From the NCBI GenBank assembly GCA_965222225.1, contig CBDCTK010000002.1, positions 1,056,001 to 1,120,000 on the forward strand: a DNA stretch of 64,000 bases. Reading direction: 5' to 3'. The translations under genes were made by a program, and so were the position numbers. This stretch comes from Candidatus Poribacteria bacterium (GTDB taxonomy: Bacteria; Poribacteria; WGA-4E; JAJDTR01). The notes under the pieces are model-generated. The model saw nothing but the letters and a program-made list of their open reading frames with translations. It was not told the origin of the DNA and did not search any database. Of the stretch, positions 52,409 through 62,293 are shown one piece after another (the stretch's first letter is position 1; every line of letters starts with the position of its first letter).

Positions 52409-53395
52409 ATGCGATTTGGAGCAACAGCGGTTCTGATACTTTTCCTAACTGGCGTGCATGTTTGGGGAGAGGGACAAGAATGGACGATTCTGCGACACGA
52501 TGACTTCGTTCGTAACGATGGCGTGGAAGGTATTCTTCAGGACGTGCATTTTGCAAACACTCAGAACGGATGGGCTATTGGTTTAGGGAATCTCGTACTG
52601 CACACCGTGGACGGGGGCAATACGTGGACAAAACTAGAATTCGACTTAGAACGGCCCATCGACTTCTGGAATCTCTATTTCTACGATGAAAAAGTAGGAT
52701 TTATTACGGGGGTTGGGGGCACTATCCTCAAAACTACGGACGGCGGTGCGACGTGGGAGCGTAAGAAATGGGAAGTTGAAGAGGGAGTGAGTGGTCGAAG
52801 ACGCTTGACGGACACATGGCTAGTAGACGGGAAAATGGGATTCATGGTCGGCGAAAACAATACTCTCCTTACAACCACGGACAGCGGTGAAACTTGGAGC
52901 GGCGAAGGGAGAGGAGTCGCGGTAGGTCAAACTCGTAACAATCTCGAACGCATCTTTTTTGGATCGCCTACTCACGGTTGGATTGTTGGCTCATTTGGAA
53001 CGTTGCTCCACACCTCGGATGGCGGCGCAACATGGGAATCGCAGAATCCCGGCACGGACAGTAACCTACACGGAGTACATTTCCTCGATTCAACGACTGG
53101 GTGGATATCGGGACAGGAAGGCTTTATTGCCCATACAACCGATGGCGGTAAGACATGGACACAGCAGGAAACTGATGCATACGACAACTTTTACGATATC
53201 GTCTTTGTCGATGACAGCAAGGGTTGGGCGGTTGGCGACTATGGCGCTGTCGCACACACAAACGATGGCGGCACTACTTGGACGCTTGGAACAGCGGGAC
53301 CTTCAACGACGTTATGGGCAGTCCATGCCGTAGACAAGAATCACTGCTGGGCAGTTGGAGAATGGGGACTCATTGTGGCTTATAAACCACAATGA
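52409..53395 (+). CDS. YCF48/BNR-repeat beta-propeller secreted protein
   Basis: Repeated GW.VG..G...HT.DGG.TW; signal peptide. Confidence 0.9.
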   Translation: MRFGATAVLILFLTGVHVWGEGQEWTILRHDDFVRNDGVEGILQDVHFANTQNGWAIGLGNLVLHTVDGGNTWTKLEFDLERPIDFWNLYFYDEKVGFITGVGGTILKTTDGGATWERKKWEVEEGVSGRRRLTDTWLVDGKMGFMVGENNTLLTTTDSGETWSGEGRGVAVGQTRNNLERIFFGSPTHGWIVGSFGTLLHTSDGGATWESQNPGTDSNLHGVHFLDSTTGWISGQEGFIAHTTDGGKTWTQQETDAYDNFYDIVFVDDSKGWAVGDYGAVAHTNDGGTTWTLGTAGPSTTLWAVHAVDKNHCWAVGEWGLIVAYKPQ

Positions 53396-53512
53396 GCGCT
53401 AATGCAACGTAGCATCATACTGCCATAACAGATAATCTTACTCCAAATTAATTCTTCTACTTCTACAGCTCTTGACTGTAAACCTACAGCCCTGCGATCT
53501 ACGTGCTATCTA

Positions 53513-54286
53513 TCAGTTCAGAACTGGCGGAGGCGAAGTTTCGAATTGAGCAGCCTTTTGCAATAGATTACCGTCCTCTGCTAATGATGAAAGAAAGAGC
53601 GCAGGGCGTGAGGTATTGTAATCACAGATCAAATCAATCAACAAATCCAACTGACCATCTCTGTCAATGTCTCCTGCCCAAAGCAAGTACGATACAGTCG
53701 CATTCTTCGTGTCGAAAGAGCAAATCACCTGAGAACGGTTGCCCTTAACCAGTTCAACTTTGCGATCGACGCTTCCGGAGTTGGATTTCAGCCCCCCAAA
53801 CGCCGTAATGGAATACGTGATTTCGTTGTCGAGAGTAAACTCCAAGGAACTTTCCAACGGCAACGGGAGTCGACCCGAGAACAGAGTTTTAACCATGCCA
53901 GCCTTTAATGAATCCAAACCTGTTATCAGAAAAAGCGGTGCATTTTGTCCCTGAACTGAGACACGAGTTGCGCCGGTTACGTTCTCGTCATCACCCATCG
54001 CCGGATCATAAAATGCGTCTACACGAACCGTTGAAGGCATCAAGGAATATCCATCTTTCGTAGGATACAAACCCAACCAGACCTCATTCGATTCGGCAGC
54101 GATTTCACAGAAACATTCCCCAACCTGCAAAATCTGAACTTGCGATAGTCCCAATTCTGTTAAGGCAGATTTTTCCCGCGATTCAACTTCCCCCTGTACG
54201 AAATCGACGTTACCAAACATCAATAAATAGGCAATGCCAGCGATAAAAATAGGCATTGTAGTCGTAAATGGTGTGCGAGCTAACAT
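53513..54286 (-). CDS. Hypothetical exported protein with a DxDxDG Ca-binding motif
   Basis: Signal-like N-terminus; WAGDIDRDGQLDLL; AAGGAG RBS. Confidence 0.7.
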   Translation of the reverse strand: MLARTPFTTTMPIFIAGIAYLLMFGNVDFVQGEVESREKSALTELGLSQVQILQVGECFCEIAAESNEVWLGLYPTKDGYSLMPSTVRVDAFYDPAMGDDENVTGATRVSVQGQNAPLFLITGLDSLKAGMVKTLFSGRLPLPLESSLEFTLDNEITYSITAFGGLKSNSGSVDRKVELVKGNRSQVICSFDTKNATVSYLLWAGDIDRDGQLDLLIDLICDYNTSRPALFLSSLAEDGNLLQKAAQFETSPPPVLN

Positions 54287-54339
54287 TTTGAGTTCTCCTT
54301 ATAATTTGAGACTGCACCTGCCAGATGCCCATGCGTTTG

Positions 54340-54356
54340 CGCAAATTACATGCCAA
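54340..54356 (-). promoter_or_regulatory. sigma54 (-24/-12) promoter
   Basis: TTGGCATGTAATTTGCG, with GG-N10-GC spacing, about 55 bp upstream of the ORF start. Confidence 0.6.
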
Positions 54357-54638
54357 AACGAATCATTGGCGGAAAATCCGTGAAAACAGTGGGGTTCTCT
54401 AAGAGATAGGGGTATCGGAGGGATGTAGCAGACTTACTGCATACTGGGGGTGGAGTAGATTAGATGTGTTCGCGGTGACACACTGTAGTGTGAGTCACAC
54501 GGGTAGGAAGATTAGTAGGAAAAACGAAGGGCGCTTTACCCCGGTGGAACTCGAGACAGTGTCTTGGCGATCGCAACAGACAGTACCATTCACAATGCCT
54601 AACGATTGTCCATCTTACGTTAGCACCCCCTTGGCAGT

Positions 54639-55385
54639 TTACCATTTCGGGATTTCTCCGAGTAGTAACTTCCGTTCGGGCGATCCTTCCTCGCGAAGTT
54701 TGGTTACCAGAGGCCCATCAAATGGTTCACGCGATTTCATCCTCGCATTCTGATAGCACATCAAGCAAACGCGTCTGCGGTGCGGCGAACTGTTTGCCGC
54801 TCCCCGGTGGTAGAGCCATCCATCAAACAGTACCGCTTGACGTGGTTTAGCCAAGACAACCTTTTGATCCGGAAACACCGGATGTCCCTCCGGTGGCTTG
54901 AAAAGCGCACGGTGGCTACCGGGAACAATCACAATGGGGCCATTTTCCATCGTCAATTCATCAAGAAAATATCCACAGTTGATTTGGCCCGGCAAACTCC
55001 CATACGGTGTGTTATCTGGGTCCATTGGCCATGGACCATCGCGGTGCCAATTCTGATCCGGCTGATTTGGATGGGTTACGCGTGCGGTAGCGCTGTGCAA
55101 TTGTACACAGTTGCCCAAGATTGCTTTCATCCGCTCCATGACCGGCGGATTGTCAATCAAAAAACTAAACCTGTCGTCCTGCTCCAACAGCTGATGGGTA
55201 AACTCCGAATTGAGCCGATTGAATGTTTCATCAAGGGTGACTCGAAGAATCGTCACCTGCTCATCGGTCAAGGCATTTTCAACAACCAAATATCCCCATT
55301 TCAAGAAGAAATTTACCTCAAGCTGGAGTTCAATTGAGAGGTCAGGGTTTAGGCGAGTCGGCACAACCGGAGTATCGGCGGGCAT
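54639..55385 (-). CDS. Phytanoyl-CoA dioxygenase (PhyH) family protein
   Basis: WGYLVVENAL, WHRDG, IVPGSHR, LYHRGA, RRRV. Confidence 0.88.
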   Translation of the reverse strand: MPADTPVVPTRLNPDLSIELQLEVNFFLKWGYLVVENALTDEQVTILRVTLDETFNRLNSEFTHQLLEQDDRFSFLIDNPPVMERMKAILGNCVQLHSATARVTHPNQPDQNWHRDGPWPMDPDNTPYGSLPGQINCGYFLDELTMENGPIVIVPGSHRALFKPPEGHPVFPDQKVVLAKPRQAVLFDGWLYHRGAANSSPHRRRVCLMCYQNARMKSREPFDGPLVTKLREEGSPERKLLLGEIPKW

Positions 55386-55449
55386 TGCAATCTCCTATCA
55401 ATTCTGAGCCGGCACGTTTGCATTTGGGACTGCGCTAGTGCTCGCGAAC

Positions 55450-56208
55450 TTAGGAAGGTTCCTGAATTTCTAACGTAACGAGGTTGGATTTCAACGTAAC
55501 AATCCCGCGGACGGAATCCAATGGAAGGTAAATTTCATCCAGTTCCTCTGCTTGAATTTCCAAGGCATTAATTGCGCCCTTTAAACCGGCAGTATGTTTC
55601 TCTCTCGTATGTGCGGCGATTTTAGATTTTGCTTCGACCCTTGCAACTCGCTGTTGTGCATCATGAATTAGTATCGATTCAAGGGGCAACGTTTCTCTGT
55701 AGATGCTCAGGTCTAGTGCAATCTGCAGAGTGTAAACGCCGGGTACTAACGCGTAATAATTTTGAATATCCTCAATGACAACCATTTGCCCGGTCCCGGA
55801 AAACAATCTCGCTCCCTTAACGCAATCGACTTTCTTTCCATCGCGCACTAATTTTCTCATTTCGCTTTCGTAAGCAATCTGCCTCTTGGGATCAACAACT
55901 GTTCCGTTTTCGTCCGTGATAACTAGCGTGGGAAGTAACCCTTCACTCTCAACGGTTGCATGAGAAACGAGAAGGTCGAATCCGCCGGTCTCAATGGATA
56001 CTTCAACAGGAATTGAATCATCAAAACGATATGTCGCCTGTGGGGATGATACATGAAGGCGAGCGACAAAAGACTCTTCTACAGGTACAGGCGGCATGGA
56101 GGGTGTCTGGACAGGAGTCTCTTCAGGCCCTACCAATAATGGTGAGGTGAGGCATCCAATAGCGTAACAACTACAAACCAGAAGAATAGTTGGCACAAGA
56201 TTTTTCAA
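55450..56208 (-). CDS. Hypothetical lipoprotein
   Basis: Lipobox-like AIGC, Pro-rich linker, beta-rich domain; AGGAGG RBS before a TTG start. Confidence 0.65.
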   Translation of the reverse strand: MKNLVPTILLVCSCYAIGCLTSPLLVGPEETPVQTPSMPPVPVEESFVARLHVSSPQATYRFDDSIPVEVSIETGGFDLLVSHATVESEGLLPTLVITDENGTVVDPKRQIAYESEMRKLVRDGKKVDCVKGARLFSGTGQMVVIEDIQNYYALVPGVYTLQIALDLSIYRETLPLESILIHDAQQRVARVEAKSKIAAHTREKHTAGLKGAINALEIQAEELDEIYLPLDSVRGIVTLKSNLVTLEIQEPS

Positions 56209-56348
56209 ATTATCCTCCTAATTAGTGCGCAAGCTGTGGCCGGATTCAAGGTTAAATCTGCCCAATTTGAGCTGCACGGACATGCACCTACAATGTCACT
56301 ACAATCCTATCAATAGGACGCTTTAGGTTACTTATTTTGTCGGAAGGG

Positions 56349-56377
56349 ATAGTATCACGCCCATCCTTTTGTGTCAA
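56349..56377 (-). promoter_or_regulatory. sigma70-type promoter
   Basis: TTGACA-17bp-TACTAT. Confidence 0.6.
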
Positions 56378-56638
56378 GTAGAACTGCACGTTATCACAGG
56401 TCAATCGCGCCTGAATCAAGGAAATTTTCAATCATCAAACGGTTGGCAAACTTGATTGGTCAATTGTTGTCTGTTTTCACTATCGGGCGAGTTACAACCC
56501 AAGGCGGTTAACGACACAGCACGTGCCCGGGCAAACCCATCTTCACAACAATTGCAGAGCATTCCTTGGAAACCCAAACCATTGGCGAACGGTATTTACG
56601 GACTCCAACATCGTCCAATCCAATCAACGAACTAGCTA

Positions 56639-58288
56639 CTAATCGCCTATTTCGACATCCCACAAATAGATGCCGTTAGATGCCGTCGTCATAGCCGCCG
56701 CTGGCAAGTAGACTGCCATCCGGCGAAAAGGCGACAGATTGAACGCCTCTAGTATGCCCGGAAAGTTCAGCGATATGTCGTCCCATATCCGCACTACAGA
56801 TTTGAATTATCGGCTCGGGACTTGTACCTCCAATCGCAAGTCGGGTGCTGTCGGACGAGAAGGCAAGGGATTCAACCTCCACTGTATTGAGCATCTTGAT
56901 GGATTTCCACGTCTTTGTACACCATATGTTGACCTGATTCCCCAAAAGCGGTTGCGACGCGACTGCCATCCGGTGAGAACGCAATCTCTGTAACTTTCTG
57001 TTGATGTCCAAGAGTGGCAATATTTTTTCCAGTTTTTACCTCTCAGACCTTGGCGGTTGTATCGGACTGGCTATCATTAGCCGCATAAAAACGGATTGAG
57101 CCATCGCTATCTCCACGGAACGCGTAAGTACCGCCACCTAGTGTGCCCCAATCTTCACCCTCCTGATATTCCCATTTGTATGCCCCGTTACTTACCAGAA
57201 GTCGTCCATCGGGCGAAAAGGCAAGTGCATGAATTTCTCCCGTATGTCCAGTTAGGACGCGAATCGGCTTTTCAGTTTCTAAACTCCATAGTGTGATTGA
57301 CCTGTTCCAACCACCGGTTGCCAGAAACTCTTCATCCGGCGATACCGCGGCGGAGACAACTGTCGTCTCATGGCTGAAACTAGCCGTTGTTTCTCCATTC
57401 CACAACGTCACAAGGTCGCTCCCCGTACTGTCATCCGTAGAGCCAAATGTGGAACTAATTACAAGGTAGCTTCCTTCAGATGAAACCTTCAGGGTTCGCC
57501 CTCGGAATAGAGAAACAGTTCCACCGTGCCCCGTAACCGTTTCAAAAGCTCGGAACTTAGTGCCGTTTTTAATGTCCCACACCCTCAGTGAATTGTCGCC
57601 ATTCAGACCTGCTAGGTATTTTCCATCGGGCGAAAAAGTGACGAGCCAGCCGCGGCTATCTTGTCGATGCTTCATCAGTCTGATATTCATAACTGTAGGT
57701 CCTCCTGATTCGCTAATTCGTGTTGTTGTTGGAGGAACGATTACGCCGGTGCGCAGATGTTGTAATCGGTTGGTGAGCCTCCGTTTCGAACGCGAAAGCC
57801 GAAACGAAATCGCCTTGTATGACAACCCATGTGTATGGATGAGTTCGTCGTAGCTCGCACCTTCAAGATAGTACGCCAAGGCAATTTTTCGATCTTTCTC
57901 GGGCAAAACCTTCATTGCCTGGCTAATCAACTCAATACTGTTCGTTACGTATCAACCGCCTGCCCGGTGATTCCGATGTCCGTAGAGTGTCCGCACTCAC
58001 TTCGTCAATCGGTACTGTATCTACTCTCTGTTTACGCAGCCAATTTCGCGCGCAATTTCGAGCAATCTTTGCAAGCCAGCTCTTGAATTTGGTAGGGTCT
58101 TCAAGCCGAGGTAAACCCCGATAGGCGTTGATGAAGGCTTCTTGCACAAAATCTTCCGCATCATGCGAATTGTTCACGATTCCAACGACAATCGCGTAAA
58201 CGAAGGCATGATAAGCGCGCATTAGGTCTACGTACGTTTGCTCGTCAGCAGATTGTGCACGAAAAATAAGTACATTGTCCTCAACCAC
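56639..58288 (-). pseudogene. ECF sigma factor-WD40 repeat fusion, disrupted
   Basis: sigma2 (DAEDFVQEAF, FKSWL), sigma4 (ISFRLSR) and WD40 (FSPDG) segments; 1-bp insertion near 57937, TGA for Trp at 57043, frameshift near 56941, 10-bp duplication at 56667-56686. Confidence 0.85.
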
Positions 58289-58488
58289 AGCTATCCTGTC
58301 CTCCCCTTCATCCCATCAGGACACCGTTCCTAGAATTTTTCTAGCACTTTTCTACGGATTTTTATGCGCCAAGTGAATGTCGCATTACCCTCCTTTGTCA
58401 TTTCATTGGAGAAATCACAAGCCGAGTATGGACCGCCGCGGAGAACTTGAAACTTGAGGCATTTTAACAACCATCTCGCGAGTTGAAA

Positions 58489-58529
58489 ACAAAAGAGGCG
58501 AATGGATTGAACCATTCGCCTCTTTTTGT
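58489..58529. terminator. Intrinsic terminator (bidirectional type)
   Basis: AAAAGAGGCGAATGG-attgaa-CCATTCGCCTCTTTT. Confidence 0.85.
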
Positions 58530-58555
58530 CTTTTGTCGAATAAAATTGAAAACGA

Positions 58556-58688
58556 GTCTAACGTGGTGACATCATCTATACGATGCTCCCTTATCTCTAC
58601 GCAATCAACAGAGTTCCTCCGATGACCCTGCTCTTGCGATGTCTATCTCTGGAATCTTCAGCGGCGGGCCCCCTAGCGGAAAGTAGAA
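58556..58688 (-). pseudogene. Relic of the C-terminal domain of the ECF fusion at 59476-61904
   Basis: FYFPLGGPPLKIPEIDI..EELC*LRRDKGA/RIDDVTTLD aligns with FHFELGGPPPEIKIPGIVI..NELYKMRKEGGVWRIYESETLD. Confidence 0.6.
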
Positions 58689-58809
58689 TCTAGAGCCAAA
58701 ATCCTGAGGCACCAGAATAAATTCCAAACCGTAACTGGGGCGACGCTACGGGGTCTTTGGATTGAAAACCCACTGTCGCAGCCCTGAAAGACGTTGTCGG
58801 TCAAAAGGA

Positions 58810-59448
58810 TTATTGCCCTAATAAAACAGCACGAGGCAGGTGAAATTTCATTGATTTCCCGTCTATCAATAACGTTACACTCCTGCGTTCTATGCGTTCA
58901 ACCTTGACGCCATTGAACACATCCCCAATCCCAACATAATGCGTGCGACCACCCTTATTCCATCGAAGAAGTGCCCTGTTGTTCCCATGTTCACGATCAA
59001 TAACAGTGGCGATGAGTTGATACGGCGGGGGAGTACTGGGTTTCCTATATCCAAGAGACCGAAATAGATTATTGGTGATGATAACTTGATAGAAATCATC
59101 TCGCGTTCCTGCTGATTTTCCCGGCTCCACGCCACCCAAAACTCGAAGTCGCCCCAACCATCTCCGGCGAAGATCGCTGTCGTTTTTCAAGTCCGTGATG
59201 GTCACACCCTCTTTCCGAAGTAAGTCCATCACCTTGGGGGGCAGCTTAAACTCGCTGTATTCGTAAATTTGCGCCGGTTGTTGAGTCCCATCATTGCCCG
59301 CATCAATTCGGGAAACTCCAATTTCAAGGATGGTTATTATGGAAACGACACTAAGTATTTTAAGCATTTGGGTTCGCATCCCCGGGTTTGCCGCTCTTTT
59401 TCTGGGGTTGCTTGAATAGCCCGAGCGTTTATTCGCTGTGACTCCCAC
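58810..59448 (-). CDS. Exported protein with a C-terminal GspC/PilP-like (T2SS HR) domain
   Basis: NLFR..G, YQLIATV, ALL, VGIGDVFNGVKVERIERRSVTL; true start probably 59379 or 59367. Confidence 0.6.
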   Translation of the reverse strand: MGVTANKRSGYSSNPRKRAANPGMRTQMLKILSVVSIITILEIGVSRIDAGNDGTQQPAQIYEYSEFKLPPKVMDLLRKEGVTITDLKNDSDLRRRWLGRLRVLGGVEPGKSAGTRDDFYQVIITNNLFRSLGYRKPSTPPPYQLIATVIDREHGNNRALLRWNKGGRTHYVGIGDVFNGVKVERIERRSVTLLIDGKSMKFHLPRAVLLGQ

Positions 59449-59475
59449 TCCATGGAATTCGGATAGGATTGCGAG

Positions 59476-61904
59476 CTAATCCAATGTCTCACTCTCGTAA
59501 ATTCGCCAAACACCACCTTCTTTTCGCATTTTGTAGAGTTCGTTGGGTGCGCGTACCTCTGAGATAACTATTCCTGGTAGGAGTTACGCAGTTGAGTGAA
59601 AATAGGTTATAATTTGAGTATGAATCCCCCTAAATATACTGACACTGACTATATTGATTTCTTGGTAGCCGCTCAGAAAAGTTACAGTTGTCTTGAATCG
59701 GAAAAAGTTCAACCCCAAGCTGATAATCCTCCGGCTCACGATTCGATAACACGGCTCTTGCATCGAGAGGAACCCGATACTGGCAAACTGTGGCAAGAAT
59801 CGAGAAATCAGGTGAAATTAGAATCCGGAATTTTAGTTATAGATGACTCGACTCTGGATAAACCTTATTCACAAAAGATTGAACTCGTGACAAAACACTG
59901 GTCAGGGAAACACCACCGAGTTGTGAATGGGATTAACTTGGTCACTTTGCTCTGGACGGATGGCGATAGACATATTCCGTGTGATTATCGAATCTATGAT
60001 AAAGCCAAAGACGGCTTGACGAAGAATGAGCATTTCCGCGCCATGCTTGAAGAAGCGAAAACACGCGGTTTTGCTCCTGAATGTGTGTGTTTTGATAGTT
60101 GGTATGCCAGTCTAAAGAATCTAAAAGCGGTGCGAGGTCATGGTTGGAAGTGGCTTACTCGTCTAGCTGCCAACCGACTTGTCAGTAAAGATTATTCCGG
60201 TAACCGTCCGGTGAGTACGCTTCCGAGTGAATCAACAGGTACAATTGTCCATCTCAAAGGCTATGGATTGATTCGAGTATTTAAGGTTGACACTCCAGAA
60301 GGTGACATTGAATATTGGGCAACGAATGATTTACAGATGGACGAATTGACGCGTCTCAAATATGCCGAATGGTCTTGGACAATAGAAGAATATCATCGCG
60401 GGATTAAGCAATTTGTTGGCATTGAACGCGCACAAGTGCGCTCTGCTCGCACTCAAAGAAATCATATCGGTTTAGCGCTGAGAGCCTTTCTGAGAATTGA
60501 GCACTATTGCTATCATACCGGTATCAGTTGGTTTGATGCAAAACTCTCTATTGTCAGAGATGCGGTACGGGCTTATTTGGCACAACCTCTTTATACGCTT
60601 CAGCCAACTGCGTAACTCCTACCTGGAATCTTAATTTCGGGCGGCGGACCTCCTAATTCAAAATGGAATTCGTCACCAACATATTCGCTGTTCACAACTC
60701 TTACGCGGCTGAGAAACTCAATCATCATCTGCTCAACCATCTGACGCGCCTCAGTCGGTAAATCTTTGGTCTCTTCTGGGGTCATGAGCGGGAACCCCTT
60801 TGCCGCAGCCTTGTTCATCCCTTCTTTGGCCGAGCCAGTCATTAGCAAGCTCATTCCCTCAAAGTCAAGATTCTTAAACGCCTCCACATAAGCATCCATC
60901 ACCTCTTCGGCAGATTGCTCCATATCCTCACCGCCTTCGCCGAAGAAATCGGTGTTGATTGTAACATGTTCGTCTGCATCTTGCTGAATTTCGGTCCCTG
61001 CAAGTTCTGCAGTATTTGATTGCGCATCGTCTGCCTCGAGTTGAGCGAAGAAGTCCTCAATCTGATCCATTTCCTCTGCGGAATATTGTTGTTCATCTGC
61101 ACGCGAAGGCGCCGTGACTACATTCCTACGAGTGGTGTCATTTTCCGGGACCAATAGCTCGGGTTTTTTGGCTGTTGACGCCGTGACTTCAGTGGATGGT
61201 GATGAATCTCCTTCTGGTGATAGTAGTTGGCGCAAACCGATGAAGACAAGTGCAATGATTACTATTACCCCGACAGTGATTTTGGGAGCCGTTCCGATTT
61301 TCATGGCTGTGAGTCCTCCTGACGAAATCTTTTTGAGTGTTGTTGCCGTAGGAACGAATACCCCACTGAGCAGATGTCTCAAACGTTTCCTGAGCGTCCG
61401 CTTTGCGCGGGACAAGCGAAACGAGATTGCCTTATATGACAACCCGTGCGTGCGAATGAGTTCGTTGTAGCTCGCGCCATCAAGATAGTACGCCCTAGCA
61501 ATTTCTCTATCTTTCTGCGACAACGTCTCCATTGCGCGGCGAATTAACTCTATCTGCTCGTCGCGTATCAAATGTGCGTCGGCCGAGTCGGATGTCTCAA
61601 GTGTGTGTGCTCCCACTTCATCAATCGGCACGGTTTCCAGTCTATGTTTTCGCAGTCGGTCTCGTGCACAATTGCGGGCAATCTCGGCAAACCACCCGTT
61701 AAAACTGGCTGTATCCTTGAGCTGAGGCAAACCGTGGTAGGCATTAATGAAAGCATCTTGCACTACTTCCTCGACATCGCCCAGATCGTCCAACACTCCG
61801 CTAACGATTGCGTCAACAAAAGTATGATAACTCTTGACGAGGTCGGTGAATGCCTGTTCATCCCCTGCCTGTGCGCGTGAAATGAGTACGTCATCCTTAG
61901 CCAT
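59476..61904 (-). CDS. ECF sigma factor fused to a TM helix and an extracytoplasmic NTF2/DUF4878-like domain, interrupted by IS701 near its 3' end
   Basis: DVEEVVQDAF, FNGWF, ISFRLSRAK; TM ITVGVIVIIALVFIG; removing the IS restores KIPG-IVISEVRAPNELYKMRKEGGVWRIYESETLD*. Confidence 0.88.
59578..60621 (+). mobile_element. IS701-family insertion sequence
   Basis: Perfect TIR TAGGAGTTACGCAGTTG; flanking CCTGG duplication. Confidence 0.92.
59620..60615 (+). CDS. IS701-family DDE transposase (intact)
   Basis: LVIDDSTLDKPYS, HWSGKHH, FDSWYAS, WTIEEYHRGIKQ. Confidence 0.93.
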   Translation: MNPPKYTDTDYIDFLVAAQKSYSCLESEKVQPQADNPPAHDSITRLLHREEPDTGKLWQESRNQVKLESGILVIDDSTLDKPYSQKIELVTKHWSGKHHRVVNGINLVTLLWTDGDRHIPCDYRIYDKAKDGLTKNEHFRAMLEEAKTRGFAPECVCFDSWYASLKNLKAVRGHGWKWLTRLAANRLVSKDYSGNRPVSTLPSESTGTIVHLKGYGLIRVFKVDTPEGDIEYWATNDLQMDELTRLKYAEWSWTIEEYHRGIKQFVGIERAQVRSARTQRNHIGLALRAFLRIEHYCYHTGISWFDAKLSIVRDAVRAYLAQPLYTLQPTA

Positions 61905-62293
61905 GACCGTGAGTTTCTCCTCCGTGCGTTAAATAAGACGTTGTCGCACGTCTTTTTTCTAGCACTTTTTTCGCCGTTTCACGTGATAGAAGGGAAATTT
62001 TAGGTTCCTGCTGTATTCCTACTCGACAAAACTTCCTACTTCCGAGATGAATATTCAAAGAATGAGCGGTCTAAGTCTGGTGTAAAGGTTTCCATCTCTC
62101 TTAAATATTGCTATGACCATGTTAAAACTGCCATGTCTTTTTTGAAGAAAATGTACTGGTCTACGAGATGGTTTTCACTGTTTCCTGTTCCTAACGACAG
62201 AACGCTGACGCAACCGCCTTACAGAGATGACGGTCACATGAACCGATCCGGACCATCAAATCGAAGTTAGAATCGGACCCAGTTTGCGAAAAA

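Noticed and set aside
52409-53395. YCF48 similarity as evidence of photosynthesis
   Set aside because: Generic BNR-repeat propeller, widespread in non-phototrophs; no photosystem genes in the window
45953-57045. In-frame TGA codons (IS5 and WD40 gene) suggesting TGA recoding
   Set aside because: Many intact genes end in TGA and use TGG for Trp; both cases lie in decayed or mobile genes
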